This document shows positions 63,940 through 64,000 of a DNA stretch of 64,000 nt, one piece after another. Source of the DNA: Octopus bimaculoides (Eukaryota); NCBI RefSeq assembly GCF_001194135.2, contig NC_068983.1, positions 154,908,693 through 154,972,692 on the forward strand, in the 5' to 3' direction. Each line of letters opens with the position of its first letter. The first letter of the stretch is position 1. The notes below the pieces were generated by a model. That model saw only the letters and a list, made by a program, of their open reading frames with translations, made no database searches and had not been told where the DNA came from. Position numbers and translations under genes: made by a program.

Positions 63940-64000
63940 TAAGGTGGCTAGCTGGCAGAATCGTTAGCCCACTAGGTGAAATGCTTAGCAGTATTTAGCC
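63940..64000 (+). mobile_element. SINE family B head, cut by the window end
   Basis: AAGGTGGCTAGCTGGCAGAATCGTTAGCCCAC after (CTA)n. Confidence 0.8.

Overview
AT-rich, gap-ridden eukaryotic draft-genome window. It is most likely coleoid cephalopod (Octopus-type), inferred from the tRNA-headed SINE families and the dense TA/CA/TAA/GAT microsatellites. I cannot support any intact protein-coding gene, rRNA, true tRNA or CRISPR array. Almost every ORF in the track is translated microsatellite or N-gap. The window is a mosaic of several SINE families (working names A-E), hAT-, piggyBac- and Merlin-like MITEs, a Tigger/pogo remnant, and decayed CR1, RTE and R4/Dong LINE fragments. The most interesting signal is two unrelated non-coding, inverted-repeat elements that carry minimal Penelope-type (type I) hammerhead ribozyme motifs. 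One is a tRNA-headed element with an inverted 5' copy and a TSD (13676-14045). The other is a ~480 bp fold-back element (63342-63823); its second copy (59331-59661) stops at the predicted self-cleavage site. Other items of note are a Merlin-like MITE with internal (TTAGGG)n, a ~295 bp tandem array abutting an inverted repeat/hairpin module, inverted SINE pairs, one signal-peptide-like 86 aa ORF and one intron-like segment. Family labels come from motif recognition by eye, not database searches; many boundaries are approximate (+/-10-20 bp).
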